Under the pieces are notes generated by a model, which saw only the letters and a program-made list of their open reading frames with translations, searched no databases and was not told where the DNA came from. Positions 12,479 to 28,610 of a DNA stretch of 64,000 bases are shown here, piece by piece (within the stretch, counting starts at the first letter, position 1; each line of letters opens with the position of its first letter). The stretch is taken from positions 5,394,001 through 5,458,000 of the forward strand of contig CM060731.1 of assembly GCA_030704615.1 (NCBI GenBank). The letters run 5' to 3'. The DNA comes from Takakia lepidozioides. Lineage: Eukaryota; Plantae; Bryophyta. Position numbers and translations under genes: made by a program.

Positions 12479-12580
12479 TGTCGTGCGCATACATATCGCT
12501 ACACAACTACATACAACTACATATCAACATCGCGTCCAACCACACCACACATAGATGCACAATAAAGTAAGTCTGCCACA
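12479..12580 (-). repeat. 3' LTR of copy A (102 bp)
   Basis: Starts TGTGG right after the PPT and ends CGACA. A second copy at 17520-17604 ends at the same nucleotide. Confidence 0.8.
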
Positions 12581-12853
12581 ATCGCCCCCCCTAGCTGGTG
12601 GATAGGTCCCTCTAACTCCAGATAGCTACAAGATAAAAAGATATAATGCCAGCCCGTACTAAGTCCTCTATCACTGGCCCTGTTGTACTCAAACTCTGTA
12701 GACCAAGAGGCCGGGTACAAGAGTAGCCCCATCGTTAGTCGCCGTCTTGCAATCTGTGAACTTGAGCCAGGATCTCTCGTGTGTTCAAAAGGTCTCCTAG
12801 AGTAGCTTGGCCTTGCATTTCTTGTTAGCCTCCCATGGTTGTATCCACTCCCA

Positions 12854-14543
12854 CTATCCAATGCAATGCAGACATAACCAATCCCCAACAGGGACCATCT
12901 CAAGAGGTGGAGTCAAGCTTCCCATATGCCATCCTCTAGAGCATCGATCACACACCAGCATGGTGGCTGCCCCTCTAGCAGACCCATACAACATGCACCT
13001 CAAACTTGCAGATACCACTGCCAGGTTTGGGTCAATCCTGCCATCGATATTCGGAAGGTGATATGGCGCACAATTACGCACATGGTCCTTCCAAGTTATG
13101 CCATCCCGACCCTCCAAGACCAAGACGCCTGAGGGCAAAACCTCTCGAACCCTCAAAATAACACGTCCTGCAGTCACATCCAATGTCGTAGGAGCAGTCT
13201 GCTGCAGATAGACATAGTCACTAGGGTTGAATCTCCGAATCCCAGGACGATAGCCCCCACCACGTATGGTAGCATACCTCAACGTATCACCATGTTGTGC
13301 AATGGCAAGGTTCTCGAAAGCCATGGGCATGACTTTCTTGAACAACTCTGTACGCTGCTCACATGCACGTGCCCACACGTCCGGATCGTCAAGGTTAAGA
13401 ACTGTAGCAGCTTCTCTGCGAATGGATGTAGGCAAATCCGGCTCTCGGCCAAAGAGAAGAAAGTATGGTGAGAAGGAGGCAAGTGATGCTTGCTTGCTGA
13501 ACCTGTAGCCCATGGCTAACCAGGGTAACTGAAGGTCCCAATCTCCTAGGTGTCCCTTCTGCAAGCCATACTTGCGCAAACCCCTCTTTATTGTTTGAAC
13601 AACTCTCTCTGCCAAGCCATCGGCCTCAGGATGATCCCGAGAAGTGGTGCGGTGGTCTATCAAGGCCTTGTCACACAAAGCCTGAAACTCCCCCAAAAAC
13701 TCTCTCCTTGGTCCGTGAGTACCTCAGCTGGAGCACGAATCGACTAAGCACACATCCAAGAATGCATACGCAGCTCCCTCACTAGCCTTATCAGGCAATG
13801 GAACCAATTCAATCCACTTGGAGAAGTGCTTCACCATCACCAACACGTACTTGTTGTGGCGCATGGTCAGTGGCAACGGCCCTGCGAAGTCAAGACTCCA
13901 CCTGTAGCCCAATCCCATGATCGGAAGAGGGTGCAATTGTGGAGTAGGGGCGTTGAATGAAGCACGCACCCTGTGACACACCATGCACCTAGCCACAAAT
14001 TGTTGCACCTCTGTGTGCATACCACGCCACCAATACTGCCCCTGCAGTAAGACTATGAGTGCGTCGTACCCCAAAATGCCCCAACTCCTCATGGGCATGC
14101 CGCACTAACCGTGCCCGCTGTGTTGGGTGAGGCACAATCCTCACTCGACCATCCTCCCACACTCGGAGCAGGTGTGTCCCCTCCCACTTGAACCTCTTGG
14201 CTCGTTGTAGGATCCGATCCCTCTCCTTGGCAGTCACAGTGACTGCATTGTCTCCAGTGCGGAGGTAGTCCAACACAACTGAATCCTCATGTATATCTTT
14301 GGCGCCACCTTGCTCATTGCTGGCCTCAGGGTCCTCAGACACTTGATCTACAATAATCCATGTTGCAGGTCTAACCTGGCCTTTCGCTGCTAAGATACAC
14401 AGAAATGCAGATGCATGCCATCCGGGCACCATATCCTCGTCCATCTCACCATGCCACCGAGCTCCAGTGTCATCCTGCTGGCTCATGCATGGATTGCGAC
14501 TCAACCCATCTGCATTGCGATTGACCAAACCCAGTCGATGCAT
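12854..14543 (-). pseudogene. Integrase (HHCC, DDE core) with C-terminal PHD finger, copy A
   Basis: ORFs 13989-14543, 13724-14098 and 12854-13696. The C-terminus CMLYGS...LVCDRCSRGWHMGSLTPPL..VPVGDWLCLHC is a C4HC3 pattern with two ligand substitutions. Confidence 0.88.
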
Positions 14544-14576
14544 AACCTGAAAGTCATATTCTTGAAGGATGAGTGC

Positions 14577-15732
14577 CTACCATGCAAGCTTCCCCGTAAG
14601 CTTGTCTGACTCCATCAACCACTTGAGTGGTTGGTGATCCGTGACAAGGGTGAAGAGATTGCCATATAGATAGCACCTGAAGTGTGCCACGGCCCACACT
14701 GCAGCTAAGCATTCTCCCTCATATGAGCTATACTTAGACTCTGCAGCATTGTTCGAGCAGCTAGCATAAGCCACTACGAACTCTCTTCCTTCATCATCCA
14801 TCTGTGTGAGCACCGCTCCAAGCCCCAGCATGCTCCAATCTGTATGCAGCTGAAAAGGACGCCCCCTGATAGGTCGTCTCAAGATGAACGCCGAGGTCAG
14901 CCTTGCCTTGAGCTCTTGAAAAGCTTGTTCTTGCTCGTCTTCCCTGCCACTCCTGGTCCACCTTGGTCAGTTTGGTTAGAGCCTTTGCAATGGTACTAAA
15001 TCCCTTAACAAACCGTCTATAATAGTTTGCTAACCCCATGAAAGCTCGAACTCGGCTCACATTCGTGGGGCGTGGAATCTGTGCAATGGACTCTACCTTA
15101 GTCTGTTGTACCCCCAATCCTCCAGGATATATCATGTGACCCAGATACTCAATCTGGTTGTGGAAAAACTTGCACTTTCCCGGATGTAACTTCAATCCGT
15201 GCGTCCTCAAGCGCTCAAATACCCCCTGAAGGTGTCTCTCATGCTCCTCCACCGTAGCACTAAAGATGATGATGTCATCTATGTAGCACCGAGCAAACTC
15301 CACCCCTGCTAGAATCCTGTCCATGACTCTTTGAAACTCTGCAGGAGCGTTTTTAAGCCCAAATGGTAAGAACTGCCACTGGTATAGGCAATCCTTCCCG
15401 TGCTCATTGATCCCCCAGAATGTCGTCTTCTGCTTATCCGCCTCCTTGATCGGCAACTGGTGATGTCCGGATCGTAAATCCAAAGTGCTAAAGACCTTGG
15501 CATGCCCAATGGCATCAAAGATCTCCTCTGGTGTCGGCATAACATACCTATCGGACTTGGTCTGACGATTTACAGGCCGGTAATCACCGCACATACGTCT
15601 CTCCGTCCAATTGCCATAGACATCCTTCTTGGCTGGCATCACTGTGGCTGAAGCATACTCTCCCCCAGATAGCTCCACCAAACCAGCCTCCCAAAGGTCC
15701 TGAGTTCTCATCTGAATCAAGGACCTCTCCAT
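14577..15732 (-). pseudogene. Gypsy RT-RNase H, copy A
   Basis: RMCGDYR, LDLRSG, LPFGLKNAP, YIDD, LHPGKC, YLGH, TDWS, GECLA, TDHQPL. Confidence 0.95.
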
Positions 15733-15980
15733 ATCACTGTATCTATAGGGTCTCCGAAAGATTGGCGTGTAGCCAATTCAATGCGAATCTCTTGACCCTT
15801 CAGTGCTCCTAAGTCCTTCAAACTGAAGGCAAAGCAGTTCTTGTAAGCCCTCAAGAACCGCCGTATACGTCGTCTCTCTCCTCCGGTGACTATAGGTCCA
15901 ACATCAGGCTCCCAGTTGTCCTCCGTGACTGCAACCTTGAGTCCAGCTGGCTTAGAGGTAGAAGACGCGTCTCGTGGTTG

Positions 15981-17235
15981 CTATGCTGCAACCTCTTGAG
16001 CAGTGACCACTGCCTCCTCTGTCAATGACAATGTCTCATCCTGCCCCATCATCCCATCCTTGAGGACCTCCTCAACCCGAGAAAAATCCCCAACCTGATC
16101 CATCACCGCCGCCTTGGCTGCCAACTCCTTCTGAACCTCGAGCACCTCCCACGTGTGCCATGGATGCGGCCTGCACCTCGTGGTCCTCACCTGCTCGCCC
16201 CCACTCGCTGCCTGTACCGTCTCGGTAGGCGGGGAGACCATGAAGGGAAGTGTACTCTGTACTCTGCGCTGCTCAGCCATAGCCAAGCTGATAATCCAGG
16301 TCAAGCAATTGAGATCCATTGCTTGCCCCAACACCTGACGACGTGATGCCTCAGAAAGAGATGACACCGCCGTGGTACCAGTGGTAAAACCCATCGCTCG
16401 CTCGCGCTCGTCAGCATTGGGCTCCACTAATTGTTGTAATTGACTATCCCACAAGAGGCCAGATCCACCATCCCGAAAAGCATGGGATCCTGGGAAACTG
16501 AGCAGTGTAGGTAATGCTGCTCGTGGTTGATTCACCCTGTTGACCACTGCCAAAGGCGAACGGTCATCGTGTCTCACACGTTGAGACTGCCTCCCTGTGT
16601 CCAAAATGCTATCCACTGTGAGGTGTGCTGGTCGCTGTACCCCATCAAATGCACGCTTGAGCAGTGCGGGTGGCATCAAGTTAGTCCACCATAGCCGTGG
16701 ACGATGAGCCCGTGACCCCACTGCAGCTGCATCCAGCAACACTGCTGACCCAAGCCACGACCGGACTTGATGCACACTGGCCATCACCCTGGCCCAAGAA
16801 TCACCCATCAGTGGCACATTCTCCAAGATGTATGCTGGAGATACAACTTGATGAAGCTGCAAGTGGTGCAAAACCCGCATCATCTCCCAAAACAAACCCG
16901 TCCTTGAGTCTCGCAATCCATTGCCATGCCCGACTGATGAATGCCCTTGGCAGGGCCAACCTGCCACTACCAGATCAATGGAGCCAACCTGCTCCAAATC
17001 CTGCGCCCCCAGCAACGAAATGTCTGCTGGCAAGGCTTGTTGGTATCCATGCACTGCAGACACTGGCAACAAATCAAGGTACTGCTGTACCAACTGAGCA
17101 ACATGGCGCAGTGAGACGCGTCGTGCAATCTCATCCCTCTCCACTGCAGGTAACGTCAAACTCGTACACCTGCCTGTAGTACTGCAACTAATCCAGTGCT
17201 GATCCTGCCAAACAAGTCCAGAAGACATATGCCTT
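15981..17235 (-). pseudogene. C5 cytosine methyltransferase domain (DNMT3-like), copy A
   Basis: Motif I LDLFG(R), II VERDE, III ADI, IV IDLVVAGWPCQGHS, VI ILENV, VIII AHRPRLWWTNL, IX ERERAMGF, X RRQVLGQAMD. One frameshift lies near 17155. Confidence 0.9.
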
Positions 17236-17519
17236 TATGCGGGCATTGCCACATAAGAGGTGTGGTGTCCAATGGTGACAACTGAGGTGGTCTTGGTGCA
17301 ATCACCGCACTCTCCACTTCTCCTGACGGTACGAAGGCCTCTACCCAGGCTTGTTGTACCCGTCCATCAGCAGCCTGCTGCAAATCCTTGCTCGTACCCC
17401 ACAATGGAGTGTGAGCAACCATGGCAGACAACTCCACCGTACCATGCATGTCATCCTGCTCTGCTGAAGGTGGCACATCCTCTGCATGGGCATTGCCTTC
17501 CAGCAACTCTCCAGCAACT

Positions 17520-17604
17520 TCTAGCAGACTACTTTATTGTGCATCTATGTGTGGTGTGGTTTGGACAGCGATGTAGTTGTGTAGCGATATGTATGCGCAC
17601 GACA
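17520..17604 (+). repeat. Second copy of the short LTR, inverted relative to copy A, no TSD
   Basis: Reverse complement matches 12479-12580 apart from a ~17-bp internal indel. Flanks CAACT and TCTTC differ. Confidence 0.85.
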
Positions 17605-19350
17605 TCTTCAACAGTTTCATGCTTCTTTTGCTTTAACTGTTGTAAACTCCCATACACTTCATCCTCAGTTTTGCTTGTCCTGAACCTATTTTGGAACGCT
17701 GTACTAAGGCCATTCCAGGTTAGGAAATGATTATCAGGGAATCTTGCATACCATTCACTTGCTTTCTTGATAAGTGAACAATGAACAGTCTCATCTTGGC
17801 ATCATCGCCATTCTCATTGTTCACAATACACATGTGTTCAAATTGGCTGATGTGTACATCAGGATCCCCTTTCCCTGCATATATTGGAAAATGTGGTTTT
17901 GCCCGTGTTGGAGGTACCTCCATCTGTGGCCCGACACCCTACCCACTGACAGGTGCTGGTCCTCCTGTTGTTGTTGGTCCTTGAGGACCTGTTGTTGTAG
18001 TGGTGGAACTCCCACCGAGTATTGGCCCTTGAGCACTCCCTGCTACTGGCCCATCTATACTTAGAGTATTCCCAGCTCCAGTTGCACTACTTCCCACACT
18101 CCCTGTCCTCCCAGAGCCAGATCCAAGCTACCCGCCTGATCCCCCTGAGCCAACACCTTCGTTGGCCTGTGATTCAAGTGCTCCACTTGATCCAGGTCCA
18201 ACAGGTTGGGATGTCTTGGTTGTAGTCTCAACCTCAACTGTTGGGTCTACTTCTTCATACTCCTCATCTTCCAAATTCTTCTCTCTGTTTTCATCTTCCA
18301 AGTTCTTCTCCTGGTTTTCTTCTTCTTTACTCATGTAACTCAATTGCAATGGTGTTGGAGAGTCTGAACTCTCCGTTGGCTCTGCCACATCTTCCTCTCC
18401 TTCTTTATCTTGTAATTCAGAAGCTGGAGTTCCTGCCTTTGGTGTCCCATGCCAACTCTTATCAAAGATTTCCGTCAAATCTTTTATCAAGGGATGTACC
18501 TCAGATCTCTCCCCTCGTGGCTGATCTTCTTCCTGTACCAAATCCCTTAATCTTTCTTGTAAAGAATAAGAAGGTGTGGCATCCAACTCCGGTTCTTCCG
18601 GTATGGGTGATGTACTCTTTGATCTTAATGGTGTGAAGACAAATGATTTCCCTATGTCTATTCCCCTCTCCCAAAGATATGGATAATTAGCTTTCAAATA
18701 ACTTTCTCTCTTCGCTGAATATCTGTGGAGTCTAGCTTCCCTTTCATCACTCATGTCCCATGTTTTTCTTTAATGAGGTAATAACCAAAACTCTCTTCTA
18801 TAGTATCTCTCATATATGCCCGGGTTTCTTTCCAGCTTCAATGCACCCTTGGCTACACTAGAAGTCTCTGTTACCATATAACCATATGGCAAGCACGTCT
18901 GAAAAGCTGTTCTTGGTATCAGTTTGATCCATAGGATATCCTTAGGAATTCAATTCTTTACCGGTACCAGTTCCTCATGCATATGAGTGTAAACATTCAC
19001 CTTCCGTTCCTCCCAACCTTCAAACTCTACTCGTTTAATGGATAGCAATGCTATCACATAAACCAGTGTTGGTAACCAACTTGCTCTCCCTCTATAGGCC
19101 ACTTGATAAATCTTTATCACAATTCCAAGAACCTCTGGAAGAATTGTTTGGACAATCTTTCTTTCTCAGTTCCACAAGGAATTTGATTCACATCAAATTC
19201 TTTAATTCTCCAACCACCATAATCCCACCAGATGTCTGTCACATCATATGCCATCAGGCTGACAGGCATCTGGTTGTTTTTGATCAGACATTCTTCATGC
19301 TTCATATATGGCCTTACACTACAGCCTACAAGTCAGTTTCATCTAGCAGG
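17605..19350 (-). mobile_element. Decayed gag region of a different gypsy-type element
   Basis: HFPIYAGKGDPDVHISQFEHMC...AKMRLF, then in another frame EWYA...TW..L..AF..RF...LQQLKQKKHETVED (Retrotrans_gag-like). An acidic ORF 18128-18754 lies upstream. Confidence 0.7.
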
Positions 19351-19389
19351 GTCAGTTCAAGTCCAGCCTAAAGTGAGAGAGGGAGATGA

Positions 19390-19462
19390 ACTTATGAAAC
19401 GTTGATTGCCGTAGTCTTATGGCCATAGACCCCATGCCCAGTTTGGGTGGAATGGGAAAAGT
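19390..19462 (-). mobile_element. 3' terminal fragment of LINE family 2
   Basis: Reverse complement aaactgggcatggggtctatggccataagactacggcaatcaacgtt matches 42028-42075. Confidence 0.7.
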
Positions 19463-19609
19463 GTATTCATGAGATATTGTTTTCTGTAGCCTTGGTGGAA
19501 CGAGGGAGAGAGAGAGATGTGATAAAAAACAATGACGTATACCTATTTTTCTCGCCCTTGAAACCCGTCTACAGTTGCCACTTCCAAAGCTGCAAGCTTG
19601 TGCTTGTCT

Positions 19610-20440
19610 TTATCCTGACCTGCAGATGCTTGGAAAAGGTCTCACAGCAATCTGACCTGAAATGCAAGGCCAACAGACGTTATCTTGGCATGCAGGGTTC
19701 CCTTCTCCAGCATGGAAAGACTCCAGTGAAGCCCATCCAAGTTCACAACCTAAATGCACACTATAACAAGACATGCCTTTGCAACATGTAGAAATTAGAA
19801 ATAAATTTCATGGTGGTGTCTACTTGAGCAGCATATGAGCAATGACACCAATGTCACCAGAAATATCATCCTCGGAAACAACAGTTGGGCAATCCTCACC
19901 ACCTACAGCCTCCAGCCCTGCTGAAAACCTCTAAAACACTGCTGATGTACTGCAAAGTGACCACCAGCTAACTCCACCTTGGTAGTGCACTACAACATGT
20001 ATATGCATATGAATAAAAGGCTAACAAGAAATTGGCTGGCCACAAAATCTGGTTGCAGAATTACAGCACAAGTAATGCAAAAAAAAAAAATGGCTACACC
20101 TGTCTATAGTGAAGATGAGTACATACTTTCCCCTGAGGCTCCATGATCTCCATTTCCAACAATATTTCATATTAACTTGAGAAGTGAAATACAAGATTCC
20201 ATGCATCAGACAATCTGATTCAAGAGCACCTAAACATGCCACGTGATATATCATAGTAGTGCTACATTAGGAGAGACCTTAAGGTATGGTCATTTTTCAA
20301 GTAAAGACATCAAACCTGTAAGGCTTCCTTAAGATTCAGCCAAGAGTTGCCCTCTGCAGTAGTCTCCTCCTTGCCAGTACCAACACAGTTTACGAATACA
20401 AGTGGCTTCTCCATGTTGGGCCAATGTAACCTAATAAACC
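19610..20440 (-). pseudogene. Spliced remnant of a UPF1/SF1-like helicase C-terminal domain
   Basis: An AG/GT-bounded exon ~20316-20431 encodes HWPNMEKPLVFVNCVGTGKEETTAEGNSWLNLKEALQV, resembling the SF1B F..V.G.E....G.S..N..EA..V motif. A downstream micro-exon near 19620-19665 reads QVRLL followed by a stop. Confidence 0.5.
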
Positions 20441-23202
20441 AAGTTGTCTTCACATTAACATCACAAACCTGCGAGCTATAACGGAACAATGCATTTGCAT
20501 ACCAGACAACATACTGAGCAGTACACCTAGTTTTCATTGCAGCTTGAGATGGATTCATCACCTTTCTTACAGAGTCTGATTTCTTTCTTCTTAAAGGAGA
20601 ATATTACCATCAGTTTACAAACTAGATTGTACTGGCTGTTGATTGCTCCTAAGCACTATGCTCCAGTAGTAACTAAAACTCTAGAACTCAGGGGGGCGTC
20701 GTTGAAAAGTACAAACCCTTTTGGTGCAAGTCTGTCAGAGGGCAAAGGATGAGACAAAAGGAGACCACCATAATTTAATGTGAGTGGCGATCAACAGAAC
20801 GGCCAGGAATCAAGCATACATAAAACTTTCAGACTTCCAGTCTTTCGGCTTACCAGTTCCTCTTTTTACAGCTGAAACATATGTGTCTAGTCTGAAACAT
20901 ATGGAGCATACCTACAATATCGAAATTTTGACCTTGACAATGTTGAGATCTTGAGGAATTCCTATTAGAAGATGAACAAAATGTGAGTCTGCCTTTATGC
21001 GGGTGCAATGATGCTTACGACACTGTGTGATTGAAAGCACCTGCGGTCAGAGATTGTAGCTGGCTTCGAAGCATGGAGATCAGACAGGGCACAGCAGGAG
21101 GGACAAACTCTTCAGTACTCTCATTGCAGACATGTCTTTCGGGAAGCAAGTCGAAGCACATAGAGAAAGCACAAGGCACTGTGTGAAAATTCATCACACA
21201 CTGGCGAGAACACAATTTTGGAGACACAGAATGAGAGGATGAAGATGCTGGGAACAGGTGGTCAATCATCTGGATGACAACAATCATCCGCTAAATGACG
21301 TCCATTCGTTTTGGAGGTACATTCAATGTTGTTTCAAATTTTAAATTTGAATGTTGACGGTCTCCAATATGTGTGTCTATGCTGTAGGACTGGTTCAAAT
21401 TTCAAATTTCAAATGTCAATGTTTAGGGTCTCCAATATGTGTGTGTAAGAGGAGCCATGTGCACACATACAGAATTGTATGATGGCAAAGTCATGATGCA
21501 ATGGATGTACTTATTGCATACATGGGGCATACATGATGGATGCGTGCAATACAGTAATACTCAATTAAATGTGTGCCAGTATTTTGGCGAGTAATGGACC
21601 CGGCGTGAGGGGGCGGCGCTTTTGCGAGAGGGGGGGGCGAGGCGGAGGGCGGCCCGCTGAGGCAGCATTCAACTCCCCGGCCTCTTTTATCACTTGCCAA
21701 TTAGTAGAGAGAGTAGAAATTGAGGGGCATGACTAAGCACTACACACCAACGGAAGCTCCGCCCACGTGGCAAGGGTTCTTTGACCAAACATTTTGTTCC
21801 CTACAAGAACATGATGTATAGTCGCACTTGAGTAGGTAGCCAAGTGGTGGGGTATTTGTTCCTTGCATGTGCATAACGTGGGTGATCATAGGTTCAATCC
21901 TTCAACATGTGCTTCAAACTGTCCATGAAAAGGAAAAGAAAAGAATAGAAGAGAGAAGAAAAAGACAAAAGGGTTTGAAGCGGGCGTCATTATGAGAGCT
22001 GCCATTAACTTCAGGGCCTCGAGTACCCGTGTATGAAGCTGTTTGCAGGAGATTGCGGCGGGCGAGAAGGATCCGTGTGAAACCAAGGCAGGATATAAGA
22101 AAGTAGTGGGGCCCCTCAACACGCAGCTCTTGCTCTCTATGAGTTACAAGCAGAGATTCGAAGCCTCATGGACAGATGCCAAAAAGAAGAAGAGAGATAC
22201 TGCCACTTCTGATCCTCGTAATGAAAGCCTGGCGTCTATATTCCTAGCTAGAATATTAACAGTTAGCTAGCTGATAGTTAGATGCAGTCAGGAACCCTGG
22301 ACCAGCCGGCGGCTGCAAAAAAGTGGGGCTTCAGCCGTCGCAGCCTGTACTGCAAGGGATTGTCCCGGAAAATTCTACTTTATAGTTATTTATGTAGTGA
22401 GAGAGAAGGATTACAGATCACCCACAAACTACAAAAATCATAATGTTCAACTAAGATTCCACTTCAACAGCTTTACACCGTGATCACGAGCAACGTTCAG
22501 GAAATAATCTGAGTTGAACTAGCATGTGGCCCCTCATTGCGGGCACCAACCGGCCAGCTTGGGGAGTCGATTGCTGCAAGGTCAACTACAAGGTCAATTT
22601 CGTAGGCAAATTTCCTATGGTTTCAATTATCACTCGGAAATTCTCGAAACCACTCGGGTAGCATGTAACTGGCTGCCGGTTCTCCCCCATTCACGAGACT
22701 GCATGCAGACTCCTTCTTGCTGATCACACCCACGTCTTTAAGACATGAACCACAACTTGCAATCGTGTTTTCAAATTTCCCGGGAGTTGGGATTTAAGAA
22801 ACTGGGCATAATAGAATTTACCGGAAACTAGCTTGCTGGCTCTACACTGTGTGAGACATACTCCTAGGCCTTTAAATCTGTATTTGAAACGTGCGGGTTC
22901 GCCTCTAGGCTCTAACTCGCATTTCCAAATTTCTAACCAGCTCATTTACTTGCTCGTTGCCGCCCACACTATATGCAACTTTCCTTGTGTTGCGCTGAGA
23001 TTTGTGAAATGTGCTGATTCGAACATATCATTGCGATTGATCACACTACAAAGTGACATAGGTGTATATTAAAGAATGAAGATTTTATCACGGATGCTCG
23101 AGTGAAACTGAACCTAAATCCTTCTGAAGAGATATTGTACAAATTCAAGTGCTGAAGAGTTTGTTCAGCAAAATAAACTTGAGTTCGAAAATTATGTACA
23201 TG

Positions 23203-23412
23203 TAGAGAATTCCAAAAAGGCCTTGATGTGAAATGCATCGCAATTCACTTGATCACCCCCTAAAAGTGCGCAATTCAATTGAACTAACCCTAATTTGCAA
23301 TTCAATTGAATTGCAGTCAACAACTCAATTGAATTGTCAACTCGCAATTCAATTGAATTGCTGACTACAATTCAATTGAATTGTAATCCATGATTTTTTA
23401 ACTTATTTCTGT

Positions 23413-23449
<37 letters not shown>

Positions 23450-24397
23450 TTAAATTATACATATATACATACACAGGTATAAGCTAAAAATACATGTTGC
23501 GCGTCTATTCTTGCTGTCCGTCAATCCTTTGCCCGTGGTAAGGCTTGAGCCCAAGATAAGCCTAAGGGAGAGCGAGAGAGGGAGAGAGAGAGAGGTTATC
23601 TATTAAACGGGGCCAGACTCGGTCAAGAGGGGATGAGCACTTGTAAAAGCGGGATTGTCTCTCTTTGTGGATGTTGGTGCCAATATATGGCTATGTACAT
23701 ATACCAAACATGATACCAATGTAAGAGTATCAACGTGTAAGAGTTTGATAAATTAAACTTATATAGAACACACATTCCAACTTCAACATGATACCTTTGT
23801 AAGGGTATCGAAAATTTTGATAATTCTCAAGATGAACATATTTTTTGTTTTCTTTGTACTCGGCCAGATACTAGTGTTTGGGGACTACATGGTGATGCAA
23901 GGGAAGCCTTTCATCAATTGTCAGGTTTGATTTTGTCTGTTTTTTTCGGAGCCAGCCATGTTTCTTTTGCCAGTGAATCACAGGAAGCTGCTGATTTATC
24001 TCTGGCTCTCCCTTTCTCGCTGAACCTGAGGGTGGTTTCTCAACTCCACAATTTCCTCAAGGGCACAAGAAAGAGGGCCAGCAAGAATAGACGGGCAACA
24101 TGTATTTTTAGCTTATACTCTTATATGTGTATAAATATAATTTGAATATATACATGTACATATATATTATATATTATATACAAAAATAAGTTAAAAATTA
24201 TAGATTACAATTCAATTGAATTGCCAACTAGCGATTCAATTGAATTGCGAGTTGAGTGTGCCGACAATTGAATTGAATTGCAAATTAGGGTTAGTTCAAT
24301 TGAATTGCCCTTGCAATTCAATTGAATTGCGCACTTTTAGGGGGTGATAAAGTGAATTGCCATGCATTTCACATCAAGGCCTTTTTGGAATTCCCTA
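23203..24397. mobile_element. Non-autonomous foldback DNA element with long (~300-400 bp) imperfect TIRs
   Basis: tagagaattccaaaaaggccttgatgtgaaatgcat... is mirrored by ...atgcatttcacatcaaggcctttttggaattcccta. Internal CAATTCAATTGAATTG palindromes and (TA)n. Flanked by TACATG on both sides (or a TA TSD if the ends are 2 bp inward). Confidence 0.85.
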
Positions 24398-24447
24398 TAC
24401 ATGCTCTTTAACTCCAGAAGTTGCATCCACGTAGTCAAGCTATGAAT

Positions 24448-28501
<4,054 letters not shown>

Positions 28502-28601
28502 TCAGGTATGTGGCCCTACTGGAGCGATGACTGACCCCAGAAACACAGTCCACCATCACCCACACATGCCAATAGTGAGAGATACAAGAGAAGCTGCAGC
28601 C

Positions 28602-28610
28602 TTATATATA
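28602..28610 (-). promoter_or_regulatory. Putative TATA box of SCPL
   Basis: TATATATAA on the minus strand ~120 bp upstream of the ATG at 28483. Confidence 0.55.

Larger units (their letters stand above)
12479..17519 (-). mobile_element. DNMT- and PHD-bearing Ty3/gypsy LTR retrotransposon, copy A (5' truncated)
   Basis: Minus-strand order: DNMT (~17235-16290), RT (14794-15732, CYIDDI), RNase H (HTDWS, LVTDHQPL), integrase (HEELGHFG...CMVC, WSLDFAGP, GLAERVVQT), PHD (~13000-12857), PPT (TAGGGGGGGCGAT, 12594-12581), 3' LTR 12580-12479. Confidence 0.92.

Noticed and set aside
21886-23072. Short ORFs between the helicase remnant and the foldback element
   Set aside because: No recognisable motifs or consistent splice structure.
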